In this document: in pieces, positions 9,274 to 17,161 of the stretch | Numbering within the stretch: position 1 is the stretch's first letter | How the letters are laid out: each line of letters begins with the position of its first letter | DNA from: Candidatus Moraniibacteriota bacterium | GTDB lineage: Bacteria; Patescibacteriota; Minisyncoccia; Moranbacterales; GWC2-37-73 | Length of the DNA stretch: 50,782 nucleotides | Assembly: GCA_038318455.1 (NCBI GenBank) | Contig: JBBQCF010000002.1 | Location: 1 to 50,782, forward strand | Direction of reading: 5' to 3' | Notes under the pieces: generated by a model | Database searches by the model: none | What the model saw: only the letters and a program-made list of their open reading frames with translations | What the model was told of the DNA's origin: nothing | Position numbers and translations under genes: made by a program

Positions 9274-10569
9274 ATGAAAGCAAAAAAAATAATTTATTTG
9301 GAAAAAATATTGCAACTAATGGCAGTTGTTGTTCTCAAAAGACATAAGCCAAAAATTGTAGCAATAACTGGCAGTGTTGGAAAAACCTCGACCAAGGCGG
9401 CAGTTTTTGAAGTGCTTAGCTCAAAATTTGAAGTTCGAGAAAATCAAAAAAACTATAATAATGAAATCGGAATTCCACTCACTATTATTGGGGCAGAAAG
9501 TGGTGGGAGAAATATTTTCAAATGGCTTGGAGTTTTTTTAAAATGGTTTTTTACCGTTATCTTTCCTGGTTATCCAGAAATTTTGATTTTAGAGCTTGGC
9601 GTGGATCGTCCAGGTGACATGGCATATTTTATGTCTTTTATAAAACCAACGGTTGGCATTGTTACTAATGTTTCACTTAGTCATATAGAATTTTTTAAGA
9701 GCCTAGAGAATACTGCCAAGGAAAAAAGAGTTTTAATTGAAGCTATAGCATCGGGAAACTTTGCAATCCTAAATGCTGATGATGAAAATGTAATTGGAAT
9801 GAGAAAAAATACTTTGGCGCAAGTTCTATCTTTTGGGCAAACTGAAAATGCTAGCGTGAACGCCTCAAATGTTGTCTATAATTATCAGGATAATAAACCT
9901 GCGGGAATAAGCTTCAAGCTTAATTACGAGGGAACTAATATTCCAGTAAGATTGAAACATATTTTAGCATTGCACTATGTCTATCCTGCATTGGCTGCAG
10001 TTGCAGCAGGAATTGTTTTTAAAATAAATTTGATTGACATTGCCAATGCGCTTGAATCTTTTCGCGCGCCAGCTGGGAGGATGAATTTTTTGGATGGGAG
10101 GGCTGGAAGTTTTATTATTGATGACACATATAATGCCTCTCCAATGTCCACGGTGGCAGCATTGAATGTGCTTGGAGAGCTCAAAGCTACACGAAAAATT
10201 GCAGTGCTGGGTGACATGTTGGAACTAGGTGATATGACAGACTCTGGTCATCGTGAAGTCGGACAAGCTGTTTTCAATACAAAAATTGATATTTTTATTG
10301 CAGTTGGAAAAAGAATGAAGAATGCAGTTGGCGAACTTATTTCACTCGGTTTTCCATCGGAAAATATTTTCCAATTTGATAACCCAATAACTGCTGGAGA
10401 AAAAGTTTTACAATTAATAAGGGTGGGAGATTTCATTTTAGTGAAAGGTTCACAGGGAATGCGCATGGAAAAAATTGTGGAGCAAATTTTGGAAAATCAG
10501 ACTGATCAAAAAAATCTTTTATGTAGACAGTCGATTGAATGGCGAAATAAACCTTTTGCTAAGCCATAA
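9274..10569 (+). CDS. murF: UDP-N-acetylmuramoyl-tripeptide--D-alanyl-D-alanine ligase
   Basis: Mur ligase P-loop ITGSVGKTSTK and the MurF-like DDTYNASP motif. Confidence 0.88.
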   Translation: MKAKKIIYLEKILQLMAVVVLKRHKPKIVAITGSVGKTSTKAAVFEVLSSKFEVRENQKNYNNEIGIPLTIIGAESGGRNIFKWLGVFLKWFFTVIFPGYPEILILELGVDRPGDMAYFMSFIKPTVGIVTNVSLSHIEFFKSLENTAKEKRVLIEAIASGNFAILNADDENVIGMRKNTLAQVLSFGQTENASVNASNVVYNYQDNKPAGISFKLNYEGTNIPVRLKHILALHYVYPALAAVAAGIVFKINLIDIANALESFRAPAGRMNFLDGRAGSFIIDDTYNASPMSTVAALNVLGELKATRKIAVLGDMLELGDMTDSGHREVGQAVFNTKIDIFIAVGKRMKNAVGELISLGFPSENIFQFDNPITAGEKVLQLIRVGDFILVKGSQGMRMEKIVEQILENQTDQKNLLCRQSIEWRNKPFAKP

Positions 10570-10576
10570 ATATAGA

Positions 10577-10630
10577 GTTATCCACAGAGTAGACCACTTA
10601 CTTGACTTTTTGTCAAAAAAGGAGTATAAT
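10577..10630 (+). promoter_or_regulatory. Consensus promoter preceded by a DnaA-box-like 10-mer
   Basis: GTTATCCACA (10577-10586); TTGACT (10602-10607), 17-nt spacer, TATAAT (10625-10630). The -35 element sits in the palindrome TTGACTTTTTGTCAA. Confidence 0.6.
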
Positions 10631-10783
10631 AGAAATATAGGGTAGTGAGAAAAAAAATAGTTTTATCAAGGTGCGTTTAGTTGCTTTGAAATCAAAAGAC
10701 AGTTTCCGTTGGGGCATTGTCTTTTGTTTGTTAAAAATGTATTTTCACAAAAAACGTGCATTGCACGAGAGAGGAGACTAGCC

Positions 10784-10966
10784 ATGAGAAGAAATCGTCC
10801 GATCAAGCTTCACGATATCAAAGGATTCGTGAAAAGAATGGTGGCTGAATGCAACAATGGTTTGCTCAATAATATGAGCGAATCCGATCTCGTTGATCTG
10901 GAAACAAGATTTGCGGCAAGATTGTTGCATGTTGATTTCAGACCAAAAGTTTTCCTGCCATTTTAA
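10784..10966 (+). CDS. Small hypothetical protein (60 aa)
   Basis: ATG at 10784 preceded by GAGAGGAGA. The TTG start at 10709 in the ORF track lies inside a leader hairpin. A terminator lies downstream. Confidence 0.5.
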   Translation: MRRNRPIKLHDIKGFVKRMVAECNNGLLNNMSESDLVDLETRFAARLLHVDFRPKVFLPF

Positions 10967-10997
10967 AAGGAGAAAATATGTATGACAGAGAAAAAAT

Positions 10998-11045
10998 AAA
11001 CCCTTGGCACATTCAATGAATGTAAGCCAAGGGTTTTTCTTTTTG
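10998..11045 (+). terminator. Rho-independent terminator
   Basis: AAACCCTTGGC (10998-11008) / GCCAAGGGTTT (11025-11035) followed by a T-run. Confidence 0.7.
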
Positions 11046-11239
11046 AAGATCGAATAAGTATGGTATGCATAATTTATGTTAAAATGCTAATTTTTTATTA
11101 CTTTGAATTTGTGCTATACTTTTAATATTGAAAAATAATCTTGAAAATGAAGTAGCTTCATTAACTGAAGCATAATTTAAAAATTAACTCGAGAGTTTAA
11201 AATAGTTGCAAAATAAATAATTTAAAATAAAAAACAAAA

Positions 11240-11962
11240 ATGAAAACAAAACTAAAATCCATCGGCTATGTTTTCGGAGTAGTAATTAGTGCAATCGCAC
11301 TTGGAACATTTCTTCAATTTGCCAAAGCTTGGACTGAACCAACAGCAACTCCACCAACTCAAAATATCGGAGCACCAATCAATACTGGAATTATTGGACA
11401 GGGAAAGGCTGGTAATTTTAGTGCAACAGGAATTGTAGCTTCAACATTGTTGGTTACAGGAGATGCTAATATTTCAGGAGCTGGTAACGGGATTGTTTTC
11501 GCTGATGGAACGAAGCAAATAACTGCCACACAAGCAAATAATTCAGTTTCTACGGCTGGGGATAATCTTGGAGATCACACTGCAACGAAGGATTTAGATA
11601 TGGGGGGAAAAGCTATTGATAATGTATCTGACATTACACTTTTTTTCAATGGTATACCTGTTACGTTAAAACCTGCCTATGCTAACCTAGGTGAAGATAC
11701 TTATACTACGACAAGTTTTTATGCTGGTAATTATAATACTAATGTTTCAGGTTCAGCTTATAATTCAAGCGATACGTGTAGTGGTGATGGTACGAATAAA
11801 TATTTTTGTGTAGTTAATGTTAATAAGGATTGTATAGATTACTATGCTACTGTACATTCAATGTCATTAGGTAGCTATGGAACACAACTTATTAGCAATG
11901 TTCAATCGCAGCATGTTATTTGCAAGAAGGCTGTGTCGGCAGTATTTACTGGGCTTGAATAA
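11240..11962 (+). CDS. Secreted surface protein, hypothetical
   Basis: Signal peptide ending AKA/WTEPTATPP. Gly/Thr/Asn-rich beta-type sequence with a Cys-containing C-terminal half. Confidence 0.7.
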   Translation: MKTKLKSIGYVFGVVISAIALGTFLQFAKAWTEPTATPPTQNIGAPINTGIIGQGKAGNFSATGIVASTLLVTGDANISGAGNGIVFADGTKQITATQANNSVSTAGDNLGDHTATKDLDMGGKAIDNVSDITLFFNGIPVTLKPAYANLGEDTYTTTSFYAGNYNTNVSGSAYNSSDTCSGDGTNKYFCVVNVNKDCIDYYATVHSMSLGSYGTQLISNVQSQHVICKKAVSAVFTGLE

Positions 11963-11994
11963 TTTTGTATGTATTTTTCTTAAAAATAAAAAGC

Positions 11995-12588
11995 ATGAAT
12001 TGGAAAAAGATGTTTATTATATTGATTATATCTGCCATTGTTATCCTTGTCTTTTTGGCGAGTTCCTTTATTATTGTTAAAAATAAATCTAAAAATCCTC
12101 AAAATGTGCAAATTAATCAAAAAATTGATGTCCCAGACGATTTTAAAAAGGAGCAACTTGATGCTATCAAGGCAAATGCTGAAATTAGGAAGGTTATTGG
12201 CTTTATTGAAAAAATTTCTAATAGCACATTTATCATAAGACTCTATCCTATCCAGCAGGGTATTTTTAGTGCAAATGGCTTAGTGCTTGCACATATTACC
12301 CCCCAAACAAAATTCTATAATTTAATTCAAGTAAATACTATTAAGGCTGATCAGAAAGATGTAAATATTGGCCAAGACTCATCATTAAATCAGATAAATA
12401 ATGAACATGTGGGAAACGTTGTCAATATTGAAAACCCAGAACCTTCTGATGGAAAAGTTGAAATAAAAATTGATGACATCAAAGAGGGTCAATATATTTC
12501 TGCGATTTCAAGTTATGATATATCTGGAAATAATGAATTTTTTGCAACAGATATAAACCTTGAGTTTAGTCAAAATGCCGGTCAATAA
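11995..12588 (+). CDS. Membrane-anchored hypothetical protein
   Basis: ATG at 11995 (MNWKKMFIILIISAIVILVFLASSFII) is preferred over the TTG at 11965. Confidence 0.6.
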   Translation: MNWKKMFIILIISAIVILVFLASSFIIVKNKSKNPQNVQINQKIDVPDDFKKEQLDAIKANAEIRKVIGFIEKISNSTFIIRLYPIQQGIFSANGLVLAHITPQTKFYNLIQVNTIKADQKDVNIGQDSSLNQINNEHVGNVVNIENPEPSDGKVEIKIDDIKEGQYISAISSYDISGNNEFFATDINLEFSQNAGQ

Positions 12589-12710
12589 TATCCTGCTTTG
12601 CGATAAAGCTCATAATAGTATTAGTAGGTGACTTTACAAAAATAATTAACAAATATTATTAAATAGATTATATAGAATAAACTGACCCTTGTGGCCAGTT
12701 TTATTTTATA

Positions 12711-12822
12711 TGGTAGCGCCAAGGAGAGTCGCCTCTTGCTCCGACTTCGAGGCTGCGGCGCTACACACAGAATGCTCGCACATTCGCATCCTACTTGCGC
12801 CGGTCCAATTCTCCTTGGCGCA
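12711..12822 (-). ncRNA. Unclassified structured RNA, unit A: tRNA-minihelix-like terminal stem, two internal hairpins, encoded ACCA 3' end
   Basis: All on the - strand. A 12-bp perfect terminal stem pairs GCGCCAAGGAGA with UCUCCUUGGCGC. Helices CGGCGC/GCGCCG, GAAUG/CAUUC and GCCUC/GAGGC all covary with unit B. The region is a GC-rich island, and a hairpin plus U-run follows the unit. Confidence 0.6.
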
Positions 12823-12874
12823 TTATTGAAAAAGCAAAAACACCCAATAAAAATGGGTGCTCTTGCTTTATTTG

Positions 12875-12986
12875 TAGCGCCAAGGAGAATCGCCCTTTGC
12901 TCCGACTTCAGGGCTGGGGCACTTCACACAAGAAAAGCTGCGCTCACTCGCTTTTCACTTGTGCCCGTCCGATTCTCTCTTGCCAC
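12875..12986 (-). ncRNA. Unclassified structured RNA, unit B, a paralog of unit A
   Basis: Same architecture with compensatory helices GGGCAC/GUGCCC, GAAAAGC/GCUUUUC and GCCCU/AGGGC. Identical 13-nt loop GAAGUCGGAGCAA. The 3' end is identical to the tRNA-Glu 3' end. The terminal stem has a bulge and one mismatch. Confidence 0.55.
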
Positions 12987-13034
12987 TAAACAAATTTAAA
13001 AGCCCTCACGAATGAGGACCTTTAAAAAAATTTG

Positions 13035-13106
13035 TAGCGCCAAGGAGAATCGGACTCCTGTTACCAGGATGAGAACCTGGTGTCCTAGCCACTAGACGAT
13101 GGCGCC
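13035..13106 (-). tRNA. tRNA-Glu (anticodon CUC), no encoded CCA
   Basis: The cloverleaf folds by hand as GGCGCCA-TC-GTCT-AGTGGCTA-GGAC-A-CCAGG-TTCTCAT-CCTGG-TAAC-AGGAG-TCCGATT-CTCCT-TGGCGCT-A. The D-arm closely matches E. coli tRNA-Glu. The T-loop is unusual, with C at position 55. Confidence 0.85.
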
Positions 13107-13119
13107 ATGTACAAAGGAA

Positions 13120-13148
13120 ATTGTAGCAAGCTTTTTTAAATCTATCAA
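13120..13148 (-). promoter_or_regulatory. Promoter of tRNA-Glu
   Basis: On the - strand: TTGATA (13148-13143), 17-nt spacer, TACAAT (13125-13120). It lies about 14 nt upstream of the tRNA 5' end. Confidence 0.6.
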
Positions 13149-13179
13149 GCATTTTTAATCTAAATATTTCTTGGGTAAG

Positions 13180-13215
13180 AAAAAAGGAAATGTTTCGATA
13201 AACATTTCCTTTTTA
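13180..13215. terminator. Bidirectional terminator hairpin
   Basis: Perfect 11-bp stem AGGAAATGTTT (13185-13195) / AAACATTTCCT (13200-13210), flanked by an A-run and a T-run. It lies downstream of the - strand gene 13233-13808. Confidence 0.7.
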
Positions 13216-13232
13216 ATGATAAAGAAATATGA

Positions 13233-13808
13233 CTATTTCTTTATCATTTTTGATAATACCTGAAGAATCTCGGGTAATTTTTCACTTATCTCCTTTTCAA
13301 GGATTTTTGGGCATTGATTTTGGAACATTAACTTTGTTCCGTTTGTCCTGATTAGAACATAGTAGATGCCCTTTTTATACCAAATGCGATTTGGACATTT
13401 ATTTTTCTGTCCAGCATTTTTGATGGCTCCCTCTAGTGAGATTTTTATAATTTCTTTTCCAGCATAGATTCTGCCATTTTTCTGCTTATGTGCTTTTGCT
13501 AGTATAATTTCCAAAATATAAGCGAAAAAATGAGATTCCACGCCATCTGCTTCAACCACAACATGCCACTTGTTGTCAGGTTTCGAAATGAATTTCATGC
13601 CATTTCGACCAGTGCTGATAAGGGCATATTCTTCCTCGACTAGTTTTTTGAGTCGATCACTAATCTCAAAAACAACCAATGATTCTCCTACCACCTTAAT
13701 TACGCTGTAACATGCTTCTGCTAAGGTAAAGCCATGCTCCACCTTTAATTCATTGAGGAGATGCTCAATCTTTAGCTGTGCATCCTTGTAGATTCTTGGA
13801 CGTGTCAT
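13233..13808 (-). CDS. Hypothetical protein (191 aa)
   Basis: ATG ORF with AGGAGG-like RBS (plus strand cctccttt at 13816-13809) and a terminator downstream. No domain recognised. Confidence 0.65.
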   Translation of the reverse strand: MTRPRIYKDAQLKIEHLLNELKVEHGFTLAEACYSVIKVVGESLVVFEISDRLKKLVEEEYALISTGRNGMKFISKPDNKWHVVVEADGVESHFFAYILEIILAKAHKQKNGRIYAGKEIIKISLEGAIKNAGQKNKCPNRIWYKKGIYYVLIRTNGTKLMFQNQCPKILEKEISEKLPEILQVLSKMIKK

Positions 13809-13989
13809 TTTTGCCCTCCTTTAGGCATGTGGATATGTTTTTAAGTTTACTAGTATGGTTTTTTAACCAAAATCAATCATAAAACATTTAATTGTTTTTG
13901 TCAAGCATTTTGCCTTGCCTTTTTCTCTCTTAATGATACAATTGAAAAATTGAAAAAGAACTATACATAAGAGATATTAATGATAAAAT

Positions 13990-15060
13990 ATGAATTTTGA
14001 GCAAACACTGGGAAGCTTTAAGGTCGCTATTGATAAGGAACTTGAACATTATTTCAATATCGCAATCGCAGATGCCGCCAAAAAAGACGCTCTCATTGCC
14101 CAGGCTCTTGGACAAACAAAAAAAATTGCTCTTGCTGGCGGTAAGAGGATTAGGGGAGCTCTGCTTTGTCAGGCATATTTTGGCGTGGGCGGAAAAGAGA
14201 AGCGAAAGATTTTAAAAGTGGCTGCAGCGATCGAGTTGGTGCATTTGTTTCTACTTGTCCATGATGATATTATTGATAGGGGAGATTTGCGTCATGGGGA
14301 ATCCACTTTGCATAAAATTTTTGCCAGTAAGAAACAAAAAAATATTTCAATCGAAGAGGCTGATCATTTTGGCCAATCGATTGCAATTATTGTGGGTGAC
14401 ATGCTGTATGCAATTGCAGTTAAGGTAATTTTGGAAGCTGGTTTTGCTTATCGAGAAACTTCTCAAATGCTTCTTGGGTTGCAAGAAATTGTAGCGACTA
14501 CTATTATTGGACAATCACAAGATATTGCAATCGAATATAGAAAAGAAGCTAGCGAGCAAGAAGTTTTGGCTATGTATGAAAACAAGACAGCAAAATACAC
14601 CTTTGAAGGACCGCTTCATTTGGGAGCAATGCTGGCAGGATGCTCGGATAAAAAAACCCTGCAATCATTGAGCTTGCTTGCGGTGCCGCTTGGAATTGCT
14701 TTTCAAATTCAGGATGATATTCTTGGTGTGTTTGGCAATGAAAAGAAAATGGGAAAATCTGCCGCTTCAGATATTTCCGAGGGAAAACTTTCTTTAATGG
14801 TTGTTCAGTCACGGAAATTTGCAACTATTGAGCAGCGAAAAAAACTGAATGAAATTTTAGGAAAAAAGAATTTGAAAAATGCTGAAATAAAAATGTTTAA
14901 AGAGATTTTAGTGTCAACTGATTCTTTGAATTATGCCAAAAATGTAGCTAATAAATATTTCGGAAAAGGGAAAGAGGAAATTGAAAAAATAATTATTTTG
15001 CCAAAAGCTAAGAAATTTTTGTCAGGACTTGTGATATATTTAGAAGGCAGGGAGATATAG
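13990..15060 (+). CDS. Polyprenyl diphosphate synthase (trans-isoprenyl, GGPP/FPP synthase family)
   Basis: First Asp-rich motif LLVHDDIIDRGDLRHG and second Asp-rich motif FQIQDDILGVFG. Confidence 0.88.
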   Translation: MNFEQTLGSFKVAIDKELEHYFNIAIADAAKKDALIAQALGQTKKIALAGGKRIRGALLCQAYFGVGGKEKRKILKVAAAIELVHLFLLVHDDIIDRGDLRHGESTLHKIFASKKQKNISIEEADHFGQSIAIIVGDMLYAIAVKVILEAGFAYRETSQMLLGLQEIVATTIIGQSQDIAIEYRKEASEQEVLAMYENKTAKYTFEGPLHLGAMLAGCSDKKTLQSLSLLAVPLGIAFQIQDDILGVFGNEKKMGKSAASDISEGKLSLMVVQSRKFATIEQRKKLNEILGKKNLKNAEIKMFKEILVSTDSLNYAKNVANKYFGKGKEEIEKIIILPKAKKFLSGLVIYLEGREI

Positions 15061-15077
15061 AATCCACATAGGAGTTT

Positions 15078-15190
15078 AAGAATTTATGTAAAATCATTTT
15101 TTACTTGCCTTTTATTCCTTGAGCACTCGGAAGAATATTTTTAGCTCGACTCATACGGAAGCCGTAAAAAACAATTTTACATAAATTCTT
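15078..15190. repeat. Intergenic nested-hairpin element, family 1, copy 2
   Basis: Perfect 17-bp inverted repeat 15078-15094/15174-15190 around the conserved core TTTTTTACTTGCC...GAGCACTCGGAAG...GCTCGACTCATACGGAAGCCGTAAAAAA. Confidence 0.75.
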
Positions 15191-15198
15191 GAAGCCAT

Positions 15199-16266
15199 TT
15201 GAAATATATGATAAAACGCAAAAAAACGAAAAAAATTAAAGTTGGAAATATATATATTGGTGGCAATGCGCCAGTGGTTATTCAATCTATGTGCACGACT
15301 GATACACGAGATGTTAAAGCGACCGTCAAGCAAATCAGACAACTTCAAATGGCGGGCTGTGAAATGATTCGCGTGGCTGTGCCTGACATGGAAGCAGCCA
15401 AGGCACTTGGCGCAATCAAGAAACAAATTTCCATTCCATTGGTGGCGGATATTCATTTTTCTGCTGAATATGCCATGGAAGCTATGCGTCAAGGAATTGA
15501 TAAATTGAGGATTAATCCTGGCAATATCGGAAGTGAGGAAAAAATAAAAATGGTGGTACTGGAAGCTAAGAAAAGAAAAATTCCAATTCGTATTGGAGTA
15601 AATGGAGGTTCTTTGGAAAAAGATATTTTGAAAAAATATAAAGGAAAAGTTACGGCAAAAGCGATGGTGGAATCAGCCATGCGTCATATTAAAATTTTGG
15701 AAAAATATAATTTCAAGGATATTATAATTTCACTCAAAGCTTCTGATATCGAAAGAACAGTTGAGGCTTATAGAATGTTATCAAAAAAAGTTTCATATCC
15801 TTTGCATATTGGAGTGACGGAAGCTGGAACAATTTTCAGGGGGACGATTGTTTCCTCAATAGGATTGGGAATTTTATTATATGAAGGAATAGGTGACACT
15901 ATGCGAGTTTCACTCACGGCTGATCCAATAGAGGAGATTAAGGCTGGCTGGGAAATTTGCAAGTCTCTTGGTGTTCGCAAGCGTGGAATAACGGTGACTA
16001 GTTGTCCAACATGTGGACGTACTGAAATTAATTTAATAGAATTAGCTGGAAAGGTTGAAAAGGCGCTAGAGGGAATTGATAAGGATATTCATGTGGCGGT
16101 GATGGGATGTGTGGTGAATGGCCCTGGGGAAGCACGTGAGGCTGATTTGGCGATTGTGGGTGGACGTGGTGTTGGACTTATTATGAAAAATGGTGAAATT
16201 ATTAGAAAGGTTGATGAAAAAGAATTACTGAAAGAATTTATTAAAGAAGTTGAGAAATTCCAGTAA
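15199..16266 (+). CDS. ispG: 4-hydroxy-3-methylbut-2-en-1-yl diphosphate synthase (IspG/GcpE)
   Basis: VGNIYIGGNAPVVIQSMCTTDT.. and the C-terminal Cys motif SCPTCGR...GCVVNGPGE. Confidence 0.93.
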   Translation: MKYMIKRKKTKKIKVGNIYIGGNAPVVIQSMCTTDTRDVKATVKQIRQLQMAGCEMIRVAVPDMEAAKALGAIKKQISIPLVADIHFSAEYAMEAMRQGIDKLRINPGNIGSEEKIKMVVLEAKKRKIPIRIGVNGGSLEKDILKKYKGKVTAKAMVESAMRHIKILEKYNFKDIIISLKASDIERTVEAYRMLSKKVSYPLHIGVTEAGTIFRGTIVSSIGLGILLYEGIGDTMRVSLTADPIEEIKAGWEICKSLGVRKRGITVTSCPTCGRTEINLIELAGKVEKALEGIDKDIHVAVMGCVVNGPGEAREADLAIVGGRGVGLIMKNGEIIRKVDEKELLKEFIKEVEKFQ

Positions 16267-16281
16267 GGTGATATGCGTGAG

Positions 16282-16388
16282 TTTATGCGAATATTGTTTT
16301 TTTACTTGCCTTTCATTCGTCGAGCACTCGGAATAAACTCTTGAGCTCGACTCATACGGAAGCCGCAAAAAAATAATATTCACATAAA
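16282..16388. repeat. Intergenic nested-hairpin element, family 1, copy 3
   Basis: 14-bp inverted repeat 16282-16295/16375-16388 with one C.A mismatch, around the same conserved core as copies 1 and 2. Confidence 0.75.
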
Positions 16389-16423
16389 GTAGAATTTTAT
16401 AAAAAGATTGAATAATTTTTTCT

Positions 16424-17128
16424 ATGAATAATAATTTGCCAAATCATATCGCTATTATTCCAGATGGAAATCGTAGATGGGCGAAGGAAAAAAATCTTGA
16501 GCCTTGGGAGGGACATGCTGCTGGAGCTGAAAAACTGGAGCAATTGGCGCGCTGGGCTTTTGATAATGGAGTTTATTGTTTGTCTTTTTGGGGCTCATCT
16601 TTGGAGAATTTGATTAAAAGACCACTGCGTGAAAAACAGGAACTGCTCAAAATTTATGAAGAATATTTCAAAAAATTGATGGTGGATGAAGATATTCACA
16701 GAAACCGCGTAAGAATAAATGTGATTGGAAAATGGGAAAAACAATTTCCATCATCGCTCAAAAAGATTATATTAGAGGGAATTGAGAAGACTGCTCATTA
16801 TGATAAGCATGAGCTTAATTTCTTTTTGGCCTATAGTGGTGACGATGAAATGTTGGACACTGTTCGAAGGATTGTTGCCAGTGGTGTTGATCCTGAAAAA
16901 ATTACAGCCGAAACGATTAAGCAAAATTTGATGACCAGCAAATTGCCAGCAGTTGATTTGCTTATTCGAACTGGTGGAGAACCTCATTTGAGCGCAGGTT
17001 TTATGATGTGGGATATCGCCAATTCATCTTTGCATTTTTCTCAAAAATATTTTCCAGATTTCAATGAAGCTGATTTGTCGCAAGCTATTTTGGAATATAC
17101 CGAGAATGAAAAAAGGCATGGAAAATAG
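16424..17128 (+). CDS. uppS: Undecaprenyl diphosphate synthase (cis-prenyltransferase)
   Basis: HIAIIPDGNRRWAKE and RTGGEPHLSAGFMMW motifs. Confidence 0.93.
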   Translation: MNNNLPNHIAIIPDGNRRWAKEKNLEPWEGHAAGAEKLEQLARWAFDNGVYCLSFWGSSLENLIKRPLREKQELLKIYEEYFKKLMVDEDIHRNRVRINVIGKWEKQFPSSLKKIILEGIEKTAHYDKHELNFFLAYSGDDEMLDTVRRIVASGVDPEKITAETIKQNLMTSKLPAVDLLIRTGGEPHLSAGFMMWDIANSSLHFSQKYFPDFNEADLSQAILEYTENEKRHGK

Positions 17129-17161
17129 GTGTATAAATTTTAATATAAAAAATTGAAAATA

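Noticed and set aside
10577-10586. Replication origin (oriC), suggested by perfect DnaA boxes at 10578, 30144 and 49802
   Set aside because: The boxes are isolated single sites 20 kb apart, each next to a promoter. There is no cluster, no adjacent AT-rich unwinding element with multiple boxes, and no dnaA/dnaN nearby.
12711-12986. Identity of units A and B as 5S rRNA, SRP (4.5S) RNA, tmRNA or intron-containing/class II tRNAs
   Set aside because: The size and three-way-junction shape recall 5S rRNA, but the loop C/loop E signatures (CCGAAC, GAUGGUAGU...GAGAGUAGG) are absent. There is no SRP domain IV GGAA/AGCA motif. No D-arm or 7-nt anticodon loop can be drawn, and the 5' acceptor strand runs directly into the T-stem strand. 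The units therefore remain unclassified.
12691-12999. 102-aa (+) ORF and the overlapping 64-aa ORF at 12795-12989
   Set aside because: They lie exactly on the GC-rich structured-RNA units on the opposite strand. The translation is Arg/Ala/Leu-rich with no start context. They are an artefact of high GC content in an AT-rich genome.
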